The notes: generated by a model not told the origin, from the sequence alone. A DNA stretch of 48,577 nt from an uncultured Dialister sp. (GCF_900541605.1 NZ_UQKJ01000001.1:1-48577); one strand, 5' to 3'. Positions 9,626 through 20,107 are shown, counted from the first letter of the stretch. Translations and numbers: made by a program.

Positions 9626-10534
9626 TCATTCTTCTCCCACGATCTGGACTTCCGTATGGAGATCCACACCGTAGTTTTCTTTGACCTTCTGCTGCACATC
9701 GTGAATAAGATGAAGCATGTCTTCGCAGCTGGCGTGGCCGTTATTGATCAGGAAACCCGCATGTTTCTCGCTGACCTGGGCATCGCCCACCGCATAGCCC
9801 TTAAGACCCAGTTCCTCAATCATCTGGCCCACGAAATGACCGGATGGCCGCTTGAACGTACTGCCGGCGCTCCGTTTTTCCAGGGGCTGCTTCGTCCGTC
9901 TCCGGTGGTTCAGGTCATCCATAAGAGCCCGGATATCCTTTTTATTTCCCGGCTTCAGGGAAAGCGTAATATCCACAATGGCTTCTCCGTTTTCCATGAA
10001 AAGACTATGCCTGTAGGAATAGCCGATATCCCGGCTGTCATAGGTAATCAGATCTCCCCTGGCATCACAGGTAGTGGCGGAAACAATAATTTTCGACATT
10101 TCACCGCCATAGGCACCGGCATTCATATAAGCTGCCCCACCGATGGTACCCGGAATACCGCTGGCGAATTCCATGCCCGAGAGTCCCCTTTCATAGGCTG
10201 CCTGGGCTGCCTGGGCCGTAGAAACACCGCTTGAAACCTTCAGGAGATTTCCGCTCTGTTCAATCTTATGGAGCCGTCCTGTAAAAATGACTACGCCCCG
10301 GATTCCCTTATCCCGGACAAGCAGGTTGGCCCCGCCACCAAGAATAAATACGGGGATATGATTCCTGTGAGCCAGCTTCGATACCACGCAGAGCTCCTCC
10401 GCCGTTTTGGGCACAAGAAAACAATCCGCCGGACCACCGATACCAAAGGTGGTGTGACGGCTCATGGGCTCATTTATTTTTATTTGCTTTTCATCTAAAA
10501 CATTTGAAAAAATCTGTGCATATTCTTTATTCAT
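9626..10534 (-). CDS. murB: UDP-N-acetylenolpyruvoylglucosamine reductase
   Basis: HTTFGIGGPA, GGGANLL, GIPGTIGGAAYMNAGAYG and KQPL..SAGSTFKRP motifs; start MNKEY. Confidence 0.96.
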   Translation of the reverse strand: MNKEYAQIFSNVLDEKQIKINEPMSRHTTFGIGGPADCFLVPKTAEELCVVSKLAHRNHIPVFILGGGANLLVRDKGIRGVVIFTGRLHKIEQSGNLLKVSSGVSTAQAAQAAYERGLSGMEFASGIPGTIGGAAYMNAGAYGGEMSKIIVSATTCDARGDLITYDSRDIGYSYRHSLFMENGEAIVDITLSLKPGNKKDIRALMDDLNHRRRTKQPLEKRSAGSTFKRPSGHFVGQMIEELGLKGYAVGDAQVSEKHAGFLINNGHASCEDMLHLIHDVQQKVKENYGVDLHTEVQIVGEE

Positions 10535-10696
10535 ATGTGTCCCTTTTCCATTGAAATAATTACTCATACTATTATAAATTTGCCTGTTGGTAACGTCAAT
10601 GGAAATTATAAAATTGGTATGTGGCAGGAAAAATGAAACTATGGAGAACCAGATATTTCCTGTCCGTTTATAGCAGATGTATTCACCACTACAGGT

Positions 10697-10731
10697 AAAA
10701 AAGCCGTGGGAATCAATTCCCACGGCTTTTT
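10697..10731. terminator. Intrinsic terminator after rbsB
   Basis: AAAAAAGCCGTGGGAAT/ATTCCCACGGCTTTTT. Confidence 0.85.
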
Positions 10732-10758
10732 CCAGGTTGTCAAAAATTTATTTTATGA

Positions 10759-11676
10759 TTATTTCTTTTCTACCAGTTTCAGGTCTACGGCAATATTCTT
10801 ATCTACGTTTTCACCCTTAGCCAGTTTGATAGCGGTTTCTACGCCGATTTCACCCATCTTATCCGGCTGCTGGGCAATGGTAGCCGCCATGGAGCCATCG
10901 TTGACTGCTTTGATACCGTCATCGGTGCCATCGAAGCCGATGATGAATACCTGTTTGTTAGCTGCTTTTGCTGCACTTACAGCACCGAGAGCCATTTCAT
11001 CGTTCTGTGCGAAGATTGCCTTTACATCAGGATTTGCCTGGAGAATGTTTTCAGCAACGGTGAGGCCTTTGGAACGGTCGAAGTCGGCGTTCTGTTTAGC
11101 AAGGACCTTCAGTTTGCTGTCTGCCACGTTGTGGAAGCCCTGGCCTCTTTCACGGGATGCAGAAGCACCGGGGATACCTTCCAGTTCAGCCACCGGAGTG
11201 CCTTCACCCAGTTTGGAAACGATATATTCTGCAGCCATTTCGCCGCCTTTGACGTTGTTGGAAGCGATATGGGCAGCGACTTCGCCTTTATCGGCAGAGC
11301 GGTCGATGGTGATGACCGGAATCTTTGCCTTGTTGGCAGCCAGTACGGAGTTGGAGATTGCAGCAGAGTCTACCGGGTTAACGATGAGTACGCTGATATT
11401 TCCCTGGAGCAGGTCGGCAATATCATTGGACTGTTTAGCCGGATCATTCTGGGCATCAACGATCTTTACGTTGACACCTGCCTTATCAGCAGCTGCTTTT
11501 ACGCTGTTAGCCATGGTCACGAAGAACGGATTGTTCTGGGTAGATACGGAGAAGCCAATGGTTACTTTCTTGGAAGCAGAAGCGGAACCGGCAGCCTTCT
11601 TGTCAGAAGAGCCGCAGCCTGCGACGGAAATGAGAGCTGCGCCAATGAGAGCAGCTAATGCGATTTTCTTTAACAC
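10759..11676 (-). CDS. rbsB: D-ribose ABC transporter substrate-binding lipoprotein
   Basis: Lipobox VAGC; NNPFF, SASRERGQGF and QNDEMALGA motifs. Confidence 0.93.
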   Translation of the reverse strand: MLKKIALAALIGAALISVAGCGSSDKKAAGSASASKKVTIGFSVSTQNNPFFVTMANSVKAAADKAGVNVKIVDAQNDPAKQSNDIADLLQGNISVLIVNPVDSAAISNSVLAANKAKIPVITIDRSADKGEVAAHIASNNVKGGEMAAEYIVSKLGEGTPVAELEGIPGASASRERGQGFHNVADSKLKVLAKQNADFDRSKGLTVAENILQANPDVKAIFAQNDEMALGAVSAAKAANKQVFIIGFDGTDDGIKAVNDGSMAATIAQQPDKMGEIGVETAIKLAKGENVDKNIAVDLKLVEKK

Positions 11677-11688
11677 TTGTTTTCCTCC

Positions 11689-12627
11689 TTAGTTTTTCTT
11701 GCGATCCATAAGTACTGCGAGCAGAATAACTACGCCTTTGACAACCTGCTGGTAGAAGCTGGATACATTTAATATGTTAAGACCATTATTCAGGGTACCG
11801 ATGATCAGTGCACCGATCAGGGTACCAGAAATACGGCCTTTGCCGCCTGCAAGAGACGTACCGCCAAGAACAACGGCTGCGATGGCATCCAGTTCATAGC
11901 CCATACCGGCTGTCGGCTGGGCGCTGTTCAGGCGGGCAGTAAGGATAGCACCTGCAATTGCGCAGAGGCATCCTGTTAAAGAATAGGCAAAAATCTTGAT
12001 TCTGTCAATCTTGATACCGGAAATGTAGGAAACTTTTTCATTGCCACCTACGGCATAGGTCTGGCGGCCAAGGGGTGTCTTCTTTAATACAAACCAGAGA
12101 ATAAAGAAAGCAATGAGCATGATAATGGCCGGTACCGGGATATCCATGATAAAGCCCTGGCCGAAGCCGGTGAAGATAGGATCATCGGAAAGGCCGGAAA
12201 TCGGGTTGCCGTTTGTAAACACGAGGGTGGAACCACGGTAAATAGTCATGGTAGCCAGTGTAGCGATGAAAGGTGCCACCTTGCCATAGGAAATAATGAT
12301 ACCGTTGATGGCGCCCAGAAGAATACCGATAAAAGCGGAAAAGACGATGGCCATTTCCGGATTGGTCCCTTTGGCAATCATGCTGGCCATAAGAGCACTG
12401 GACAGGGCCAGGATACTGCCTACGGAAAGGTCGATGCCGCCGGTAAGGATGACAAAGGTCATCCCAAAGGCAATCAGGGCATTAATGGAAATCTGGCGTG
12501 CCAGGTTTTTCAGGTTTGACGGATCAATGAAGCTGTCATTCAATGCGGAAATGACAACGAAGAGAACGATGAGGCCAATGAGCGGTCCCATTTCTCTGAT
12601 TATATTTTTTACTTTTGCAGAACTCAT
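11689..12627 (-). CDS. rbsC: Ribose ABC transporter permease
   Basis: GGIDLSVGS, PFIATLA and GYELDAIAAVVLGG motifs; likely start MSSAK. Confidence 0.93.
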   Translation of the reverse strand: MSSAKVKNIIREMGPLIGLIVLFVVISALNDSFIDPSNLKNLARQISINALIAFGMTFVILTGGIDLSVGSILALSSALMASMIAKGTNPEMAIVFSAFIGILLGAINGIIISYGKVAPFIATLATMTIYRGSTLVFTNGNPISGLSDDPIFTGFGQGFIMDIPVPAIIMLIAFFILWFVLKKTPLGRQTYAVGGNEKVSYISGIKIDRIKIFAYSLTGCLCAIAGAILTARLNSAQPTAGMGYELDAIAAVVLGGTSLAGGKGRISGTLIGALIIGTLNNGLNILNVSSFYQQVVKGVVILLAVLMDRKKN

Positions 12628-12631
12628 GCTG

Positions 12632-14113
12632 TTACTCTCCTCCGGTTGCAAGTGTCATAATGCGGGTCTGGGTGGCATCTTTATGTTCGACAATGCCGGC
12701 CACCGTGCCTTCGTGAATGACCAGAACCCTGTCGCTCATGCCGATGACTTCCGGAAGTTCCGAAGAGACCATGATAATGGATACGCCCTGGGCAGTCAGT
12801 TCATTCATCAGATCGTAAATATCTTTTTTGGCGCCGATATCGATGCCCCTTGTCGGTTTATCGAGAATCAGAAGTTTCGGGTGCATGCCCACCCATTTGG
12901 CAATGACCACTTTCTGCTGGTTGCCGCCGGAAAGAGTGCTGGCGGGCAGGTTGATATCCTGGGCTTTCACGCCGAGCCGTTTGGAAAGGGTGCTGGAAAA
13001 ATCAAATTCCTCTTTATCATTAATTACATCGTGCTTAGCCAGCCGTTCTTCACTGGGCAGGGCAATGTTACGTTCAATGGAAAAATCAAGAATCAGACCT
13101 TCGGTTTTTCTGTTTTCCGTAATGAAACCAAATCCAGCTTTGATGGCATCCCGGGGATTATTGATATGGATTTCCTTCCCTTCAAAGAAGAGCTTCCCTT
13201 CCTTATGGGGATCCACGCCGAAGATTGCCCGCATGATTTCCGTACGGCCGGCGCCCATGAGGCCAGCCACGCCGAGGATTTCCCCTTTTCTGAGATTGAA
13301 GGAAATATCCCTGAAAACGCCGGGCTGGGTAAAGTGTTCCACCCGGAAGATTTCATTTCCCGGCACATTGGTGCGGGCCGGATAATATTCACTCATCACA
13401 CGGCCCACCATATCCCCTACGATCTGGTCCATATTCGTTTCTTCCGTAGGACGGGAGCTGATGGTCTGTCCATCCCGCATGACGGTGATGGTATCGCAGT
13501 TTGCAAAAACCTCTTCCATACGGTGGGAAATATAGATAATGGAAACGCCCCGGGCTTTCAGTTTTTTCATCACTTCAAAGAGGCGGTCCGTTTCCCTTTC
13601 CGTCAGGGCAGCCGTCGGTTCATCCATGATGACCGTTTTGGCATCGAGCATAAGGCATCTCGTAATTTCCGTCATCTGCTGCTGGCCCACGGAACAGTCC
13701 CCTGCCACTTCATCCAGCGGCAGGTCAATACCGATTTCCTTGCACTTGGCTTCTGCTATTTCGTGCATCTTTTTGAAATCAATGGTCCCGAATCTTGTCT
13801 TGGGCTGGTTCATGAGGAACAGGTTTTCCAGCACCGTAAGATTCGGCCAGATGTTCAGTTCCTGGTGGATGAAGGCGATACCGTGTTCTTCCGCATCTTT
13901 ATTATTGCGGAAAGTCACTTCTTTCCCGTCCACCAGAATGGTACCGGCATCGGCCTTATGGATACCGGTGAGAATGTTCATTAATGTGGATTTGCCGGCG
14001 CCATTTTCCCCCATGAGGGCATGAACTTCGCCGGGACGGATATGAAGGTTAACCCCGCCCAGCACTTTATTGGTACCGAAGGATTTGCAAATCCCTGCCA
14101 TTTGTATGTCCAT
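12632..14113 (-). CDS. rbsA: Ribose ABC transporter ATP-binding protein (two NBDs)
   Basis: GENGAGKST, MDEPT and LSGGNQQK motifs. Confidence 0.94.
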   Translation of the reverse strand: MDIQMAGICKSFGTNKVLGGVNLHIRPGEVHALMGENGAGKSTLMNILTGIHKADAGTILVDGKEVTFRNNKDAEEHGIAFIHQELNIWPNLTVLENLFLMNQPKTRFGTIDFKKMHEIAEAKCKEIGIDLPLDEVAGDCSVGQQQMTEITRCLMLDAKTVIMDEPTAALTERETDRLFEVMKKLKARGVSIIYISHRMEEVFANCDTITVMRDGQTISSRPTEETNMDQIVGDMVGRVMSEYYPARTNVPGNEIFRVEHFTQPGVFRDISFNLRKGEILGVAGLMGAGRTEIMRAIFGVDPHKEGKLFFEGKEIHINNPRDAIKAGFGFITENRKTEGLILDFSIERNIALPSEERLAKHDVINDKEEFDFSSTLSKRLGVKAQDINLPASTLSGGNQQKVVIAKWVGMHPKLLILDKPTRGIDIGAKKDIYDLMNELTAQGVSIIMVSSELPEVIGMSDRVLVIHEGTVAGIVEHKDATQTRIMTLATGGE

Positions 14114-14131
14114 GTAACTCGTTTCCCTCTC

Positions 14132-14536
14132 TTAGAAGATGACTCCGGACTGGAGAATGACGTTGGAGAACGGTGTGATTTCCCCGGTGCGGATGACTGC
14201 CTTGCAGTCCTTTTCCCAGGCTTTCAGCTGTTCATGGGAATCCAGAAGCACCCATTCCACTTCGCTTTCCGGGAAAACTTCCTGCAGTGCTGCCCACTGC
14301 TTTGGATTCTTGATCTTTGTTTCCGGTGCAATATAGATTTTTTCGATCTGCATGTACTTCGCCATTTCCTTCACCACTTCAATGAATGGCGGTTCGCCCA
14401 GCCGAAGGGCCAGATCGATTTTAGGAACGCCTGCCGGAACGGGGAGGCCACAGTCTCCTACGCACACCTTATCCGTATGTCCCAGGTCAGCCAGAACCTT
14501 GGCAATACTGCTGTTCAGAATTCCTACTTTTTGCAT
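14132..14536 (-). CDS. rbsD: D-ribose pyranase
   Basis: LGHTD..GDCGLPVP, IDLAL and IRTGEITPFSNVIL motifs. Confidence 0.94.
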   Translation of the reverse strand: MQKVGILNSSIAKVLADLGHTDKVCVGDCGLPVPAGVPKIDLALRLGEPPFIEVVKEMAKYMQIEKIYIAPETKIKNPKQWAALQEVFPESEVEWVLLDSHEQLKAWEKDCKAVIRTGEITPFSNVILQSGVIF

Positions 14537-15414
14537 GAGAGCATATCCTCCACATCTTTCCGCCAGGGCATTCCTCCCTGGGCACCCAGTTTACCTACAG
14601 ACAAAGCAGCGGCGGCATTGGCGAAACGGATGGCTTCCTTTACGGAAAGCCCCTCGCACCGGCCTGCTGCAAAAGCGCCATTAAATGTATCTCCTGCCCC
14701 TGTGGTATCTACCACGGACACAGAAAATCCGGGAACATGGACGACTTCCTCCTTTTCACCATAGAGGACGCCATCCTTTCCCACAGTCATAATCACCTTG
14801 CCCGCATGGGACTTCAGGATTTCATCCCGGTCCATGCCCTTGAACATGAGGGCCGCCTCGTGTTCATTGGGGGTTATGTAAGTCACCTTTTCAATCCAGT
14901 CCTCCGGAATATCCATATAGGGAGCCGGATTCAGCATGACCGGAACCTTTTCTTCGCAGCACCGGTCAATAATGTAACCGATGGTATCCATGGGAATTTC
15001 ATGCTGCAGCATGACCAGGTCCGATGTACGGATCACATCAAAGGCCTTGTCCACCACGTCTCGGGTCACCTTTTCATTGGCCCCTTTGATAACGATGATG
15101 CTGTTGTCCCCTTCCGCCAGGATGATGTGGGCTGTACCGGTATTGACACCCTCCAGCACTGACACATAGTCCGTCTTCACGTGGCTGTCCTTCAGGGCTT
15201 TCAGCATGAGACTGCCGTAGGGATCATCTCCCACGCAGCCGATCATGTAGACCTCTTCTCCGAGCCTTGCAGCCGCCACCGCCTGGTTGGCGCCCTTGCC
15301 GCCGGGAGAAACAACAAGCCGCTTCCCCATCACCGTTTCACCGGCCTGCGGACGGCGGTCCGCCTCTACGGTGAGGTCCATATTGCAGCTTCCGATCACA
15401 GAAATATGTCCCAT
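14524..15414 (-). CDS. rbsK: Ribokinase
   Basis: GGKGANQA, PNEHE and DTTGAGDTFNG motifs. Confidence 0.95.
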   Translation of the reverse strand: MGHISVIGSCNMDLTVEADRRPQAGETVMGKRLVVSPGGKGANQAVAAARLGEEVYMIGCVGDDPYGSLMLKALKDSHVKTDYVSVLEGVNTGTAHIILAEGDNSIIVIKGANEKVTRDVVDKAFDVIRTSDLVMLQHEIPMDTIGYIIDRCCEEKVPVMLNPAPYMDIPEDWIEKVTYITPNEHEAALMFKGMDRDEILKSHAGKVIMTVGKDGVLYGEKEEVVHVPGFSVSVVDTTGAGDTFNGAFAAGRCEGLSVKEAIRFANAAAALSVGKLGAQGGMPWRKDVEDMLSCKK

Positions 15415-15640
15415 AAAACCTCCAAAACAGATGTATAAACAGTATATACTTTTTCAAGTCAACGCTATTATTCTATCACAAAGTCCGGGGAGATTAAAGA
15501 TGATATGAAAATTTTACAAATGCCCGAAAGAACGCACAAAGACCGTATTTTCTCTATTATACCCGAAAGGGAAAAGGACGTTAAGGAAAAGAAAAGAAGC
15601 AGTATGGGATCAGGCGGAGTTGGCAAGTTCCCCAATTGGG

Positions 15641-15848
15641 TGAATGGGGCTAAAGGTGGTGGGTAAACATCGCTTCGCTCGTTAACCGGGTTGTGGGCGC
15701 TGACGCGCCAGGGGCATAAGGAAAAACAGCCGCCTTCGGCGGCAGATCCACCTTACGCCCCCACTTTACCGGGGCGTCAGCCCCAGGTAAAGCCACACCC
15801 CGGTTGGCAAGCGCCAGCGATGCAACCCACCACCTTTAGCCCCATTCA
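15641..15848. repeat. Repeat family B, full 208-bp multi-hairpin copy
   Basis: Perfect 24-bp terminal inverted repeat TGAATGGGGCTAAAGGTGGTGGGT with nested internal stems. Confidence 0.85.
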
Positions 15849-15884
15849 TACGTATGAGATGTCTCTCAGCCGCTCCTGCACTAT

Positions 15885-15926
15885 AAAACAGCTGCCGTCA
15901 CGGGATGCAACGACAGCTGTTTGTTT
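15885..15926 (-). terminator. Terminator after fumC
   Basis: AAAACAGCTGCCGT...ACGACAGCTGTTT stem. Confidence 0.65.
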
Positions 15927-15935
15927 ATACTGACC

Positions 15936-17324
15936 TTACCGGTCTACATTGGTCATTTCTCTTGGGTTCACCCATTTATCGTAGTCTTCGGCAGTCACAA
16001 AACCAAGGGCCACTGCCGCTTCCTTGAGGGAGCTGTTGTCGGCAAAGGCTTTCTTTGCAATCTGTGCCGATTTTTCATAGCCGATATGGGGAGACAGGGC
16101 GGTAACCAGCATAAGGGATTTCTCTACCAGTTCTTCCATCCGCTCTTCATTCACCTTAATGCCCTGGGCACAGTGAATATCGAAAGAATGAATAGCATCG
16201 CCCAGAAGACGGGTGGATTCGATGAAGCTTTCTGCCAGGATCGGTGCAAATACGTTCAGTTCGAAACGGCCCTGGGAAGAAGCCATGGATACCACGGTCT
16301 GGTTGCCATGGACACGGCAGGCCACCATGGTGAGGGCTTCGCACTGGGTGGGGTTCACTTTGCCCGGCATGATGGAAGAGCCCGGTTCATTGGCGGGAAT
16401 GGAAATTTCTCCCAGTCCTGCTCTCGGGCCGCCGGCCAGAAGGCGGATATCATCGGCAAACTTCATGCAGTCCCCTGCCAGCGCATCGAGAGCGCCATGG
16501 GCGAAGACGATGTTATCCCTGCCGGTTAAAGCGTAGAATTTATTGGGTGCTGATGTGAAAGGCATACCGGTTTCTTCGGAAATGGCTTTAGCCACTTTTT
16601 CCCCGAAGTCCTTCGGGCTGTTAAGGCCTGTACCTACCGCCGTACCGCCGATGGCCAGGGGGTGCAGGTACTTTTCTGCATCATGGATCATGGAACGGGC
16701 CTGCTTCAGCATTTCCAGCCATCCGGAAATTTCCTGTCCGAATGTCAGGGGCACCGCATCCTGTACATGGGTGCGGCCGATTTTCACGACATGCATGAAT
16801 TCTTTGCTCTTCGCTGCGAACGTATCAATGAGGCCGTCCAGAGAACCATACAGGTAATGATGGAGTACATACACCGCTGCCACATGGAGGGCGGTGGGGA
16901 ATGTATCGTTGGAGGACTGGGACATATTCACATCGTCATTCGGATGGACCCGTTTATCACTGCCCGCTTTTTCCAGCTTTGCATTGGCAATGTGAGCCAC
17001 CACTTCGTTCATGTTCATATTGCTCTGGGTACCGGAACCGGTCTGGTAAACCACCAGAGGGAATTCTCCATCCCACTGTCCCGCCAGGATTTCATCGCAG
17101 GCGCTGCGGATGGCCTTTCCCTTTTCCGGGTCCAGCTTGCCGTCTTCTTCATTCACCCTGGCTGCGCATTTCTTCAGGATCGCAAAGGCACGGATGATTT
17201 CCTTCGGCATGGCATGGCCGCCGATTTTGAAATTTTCGAAGGACCGCTGGGTCTGGGCACCCCACATGTGGTCCGCCGGAACTTTGACTTCGCCCAAAGA
17301 ATCATGTTCAATACGATATTCCAT
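15936..17324 (-). CDS. fumC: Class II fumarate hydratase
   Basis: GSGTQSNMNMNE, SQSSND and GSSIMPGKVNPTQCE signature. Confidence 0.96.
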   Translation of the reverse strand: MEYRIEHDSLGEVKVPADHMWGAQTQRSFENFKIGGHAMPKEIIRAFAILKKCAARVNEEDGKLDPEKGKAIRSACDEILAGQWDGEFPLVVYQTGSGTQSNMNMNEVVAHIANAKLEKAGSDKRVHPNDDVNMSQSSNDTFPTALHVAAVYVLHHYLYGSLDGLIDTFAAKSKEFMHVVKIGRTHVQDAVPLTFGQEISGWLEMLKQARSMIHDAEKYLHPLAIGGTAVGTGLNSPKDFGEKVAKAISEETGMPFTSAPNKFYALTGRDNIVFAHGALDALAGDCMKFADDIRLLAGGPRAGLGEISIPANEPGSSIMPGKVNPTQCEALTMVACRVHGNQTVVSMASSQGRFELNVFAPILAESFIESTRLLGDAIHSFDIHCAQGIKVNEERMEELVEKSLMLVTALSPHIGYEKSAQIAKKAFADNSSLKEAAVALGFVTAEDYDKWVNPREMTNVDR

Positions 17325-17484
17325 ATTGGTTCACTCCTTTTTTGAAATGGGATCACTGAACTTACCTATTTATTGTAACATCTTTCCCTATACCGGAAAA
17401 TTGCAATATTCATATAGGTAAAGGGAATATCTTTGCAAAAAGGGCATAGAACGTGGGTAGAGAGTCCGAACAGCAACCAGATAA

Positions 17485-17685
17485 ATGGGACTAACAGTTG
17501 TGGGTGAACATCACTGACGCTCGTTCACCGGGTGGCAGGTGCTTCGCACCAGGGGCATAAGGTTCATAAGCCACCTTTAGCGGCAAATCCACCTTATGTC
17601 CCCGCTTCAACAAGCGCAGCGATGTTGAAGCCACAACCCGGTCGGACAAGCGCAGCGAAGTCCGACCCACAACCCTTAGCCCCAT
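17485..17685. repeat. Repeat family B, diverged full copy
   Basis: Aligns with 15644-15845 (GGGGCATAAGG, TCCACCTTA, GCCACAACCCGGT, TTAGCCCCAT). Confidence 0.8.
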
Positions 17686-17713
17686 CAATCGGTACTGCCC
17701 TATGCTCTCCCAT

Positions 17714-18436
17714 CTATCCTTCTACCGTCTTTACGGCTCCCGCCAGGTCCGTGGTGAAATCGATTTTACCGAAGGAAGAGGATTTGGGGAGAACCAGGGA
17801 GAAATCAGAGAGCAGGCAGAACTCGGCAGTTCCCTTTTTCAGGGAAAGATCCATCACATGGCCGCCACGGCTCCTGTCATCGGAAATGTAATGGAAGTGC
17901 CAGCCCGGCATATTGAGACTGGCCATGAAAGCCGGACAGTAGAGCCCAATCAGGGTACCCGTGGTGTTTTCAAAATGGAATTCCACCTGGTCCGTCTTCA
18001 TGGCTTCATCCAGACGGCGGTAGGGTTTCTGCTGTGCTTTTTCGCTTCGAGTATACATTTTTTCAAAGGTTCCACGGATTCGGATACCATAAAAATAATT
18101 CTTTCCCCATCGATTGATGAAGTCATCCGCTTCCCCCCGGAGCTTTGCCAGGGAGCTGATATGTTCCAGCGGCAGTTCCCGGTCCGGTTCGAAGAAGAAA
18201 ACATCCGCAAAAGGAACCTTCACATTCCCCTCCGGTTTTTTCACCTCTCCCCTGCCATTGACCTGGTAAACCTGTCCATCCACCATCACCAATTCCCCAT
18301 CCAGGGAATCAAAAGTACCGATGCCAAAATCTCCGTGGCCCATGAGATCCCTCACCGGGATAAATCCTTCATAATGGCCCAGTACCAGGGACTGCAGCAG
18401 GGCTGCCTGATATAATGTACGTTTCGTTGTATTCAT
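17714..18436 (-). CDS. budA: Alpha-acetolactate decarboxylase
   Basis: HGDFGIGTFDSLDGE and GWHFHYIS..GGHV Zn motifs; start MNTTK after AAGGAG. Confidence 0.92.
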   Translation of the reverse strand: MNTTKRTLYQAALLQSLVLGHYEGFIPVRDLMGHGDFGIGTFDSLDGELVMVDGQVYQVNGRGEVKKPEGNVKVPFADVFFFEPDRELPLEHISSLAKLRGEADDFINRWGKNYFYGIRIRGTFEKMYTRSEKAQQKPYRRLDEAMKTDQVEFHFENTTGTLIGLYCPAFMASLNMPGWHFHYISDDRSRGGHVMDLSLKKGTAEFCLLSDFSLVLPKSSSFGKIDFTTDLAGAVKTVEG

Positions 18437-18482
18437 GATATTCTCCTTTATTGTGTAATGAGTATGCGGCCAAACAGGATAT

Positions 18483-18565
18483 ATGGGGCTAAAGGTGGTG
18501 GGTGAACTGCGCTGCGCCTGTTCACCGGGTTGTGGGTGCTTCGCACCAGGAGCATAAGGTGAATC
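18483..18565. repeat. Repeat family B, left part (degenerate right end to about 18695)
   Basis: ATGGGGCTAAAGGTGGTGGGTGAAC...GTGCTTCGCACCAGGAGCATAAGG. Confidence 0.8.
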
Positions 18566-18706
18566 ACCCACTATTAAACTTAAGCGGTGATACCACATTA
18601 CTATATAAGATCTATGATCTCCCTTTTCTATAGTAAGAGAAGCGTCCCACCCCAATTGACAAGTGCAGCAATGTCAATCCACTCCAATATCCTGCTAACT
18701 ATGAGC

Positions 18707-18733
18707 AAAAGCCGGGCAGGGTGCCCGGCTTTC
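18707..18733 (-). terminator. Terminator after the phosphomannomutase gene
   Basis: AAAAGCCGGGCA/TGCCCGGCTTT. Confidence 0.75.
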
Positions 18734-18734
18734 T

Positions 18735-20102
18735 TTATTCTACGGAATGGATGAAATCCATGACTTCCTTCTTTTTCTCTTCCAGAAGAGCCCGGTCTCC
18801 CTTTGTTTCCATATTGAAGCGGATCAGGGGCTCCGTATTGGAGGGGCGCAGGTTGAAGCGCCAGTTGTTAAATTCTACGCCGATACCGTCGGTCAAATCG
18901 ATGCGGGCCGCCGTTTTCTCATATTTTTCCTTGACCTTTTCAATGACAGTGGCACCGTCTTTGATGGTAAGGTTGATTTCCCCGCTGCAGGGATATTCCT
19001 TTTCCATCTCCGACACCAGCTCACCCAAGTGCTTTCCTTTTTCACTCATCACCTGGGCCACAATGAGCCAGGGAATCATGCCGGAATCGCAGTAGGAGAA
19101 ATCCCGGAAGAAATGGTGGGCCGAATTTTCCGCCCCGTAAATACCATGGACCCGGCGCATGGTTTCCTTCATGAAGGCATGGCCCCCTTTGGACTCCACC
19201 GCCTTTCCTTTAAGATCCCGGCAGATTTTTTCCGTGCACCAGAATACCCGGGGGTCATGGACAATAGTCTCTCCGGGATGCCGTTTCAGGAAATATTCAG
19301 AAAGAAGGCCTACCATGTAGTACCCCTCCACAAAGTGGCCATTCTCATCAATGAAGAAGCAGCGGTCGAAGTCCCCATCCCAGGCGATACCGAGATCCGC
19401 TTTTTCCCGAAGCACCGCATCCACCAGGGGCTTCCTGCATTCCTCCAGCATGGGGTTCGGCACGCCATGGGGGAAGGAACCATCCGGTTCCATGTACAGT
19501 TCCGTGAAGTGGAAGGGCAGGTGTTTCTTCAATTCGGAAAATACGATATTGGCACAGCCGTTTCCTGCGTTCACCACGATATGAAACGGCTTCATCCGGT
19601 TCACATCGACGAAGGAAAGGATGGTGCTGATATAGTCCGAAAGGATTTCCTTTCGATACAGGCTTCCTTTTTTCGCGGATTCAGAGAAATTCCCGGAAAA
19701 TGCCAGGGCTTCTATATCCTTCAGCCCCGTATCGGCGCTCACAGGGATACCTTCCTGCCGCACTATTTTTATACCATTATAATCGGATGGATTATGGCTG
19801 GCGGTAATCATGAATCCTCCATCCATATGATAGAAGAACGTACCGAAGTACATCATTTCCGTACCGCAGAGGCCGATGTCATAGACATCGCTGCCTCCAT
19901 CCATGAGTCCCCGGGCCGCCGCCTCCATAATGGACTTCGAACTGGGCCGCACATCATAGCCGATGCACATGGTCTTCGGATGGAAGAGCGAAGCATAGGC
20001 CCTTCCCACCCGGTACGCCAGGTCCTCATTCACTTCTGCCGGGACAATGCCCCGGATATCGTAGGCCTTAAATCCTTCATGAGACATCTGTAAAGGTTCC
20101 AT
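18735..20102 (-). CDS. manB: Phosphomannomutase/phosphoglucomutase (ManB/CpsG type)
   Basis: FKAYDIRG, TASHNP, DGDFDR and RPSNTEP motifs; start is 20102 or 20087. Confidence 0.9.
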   Translation of the reverse strand: MEPLQMSHEGFKAYDIRGIVPAEVNEDLAYRVGRAYASLFHPKTMCIGYDVRPSSKSIMEAAARGLMDGGSDVYDIGLCGTEMMYFGTFFYHMDGGFMITASHNPSDYNGIKIVRQEGIPVSADTGLKDIEALAFSGNFSESAKKGSLYRKEILSDYISTILSFVDVNRMKPFHIVVNAGNGCANIVFSELKKHLPFHFTELYMEPDGSFPHGVPNPMLEECRKPLVDAVLREKADLGIAWDGDFDRCFFIDENGHFVEGYYMVGLLSEYFLKRHPGETIVHDPRVFWCTEKICRDLKGKAVESKGGHAFMKETMRRVHGIYGAENSAHHFFRDFSYCDSGMIPWLIVAQVMSEKGKHLGELVSEMEKEYPCSGEINLTIKDGATVIEKVKEKYEKTAARIDLTDGIGVEFNNWRFNLRPSNTEPLIRFNMETKGDRALLEEKKKEVMDFIHSVE

Positions 20103-20107
20103 GCCGG

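Noticed and set aside
18437..18655. N-terminal extension of the acetolactate decarboxylase ORF (similar extensions on murB, birA, trpF, hldE and the SGNH gene)
   Set aside because: The extensions read through intergenic or repeat DNA; downstream ATGs match family N-termini and usually have an SD
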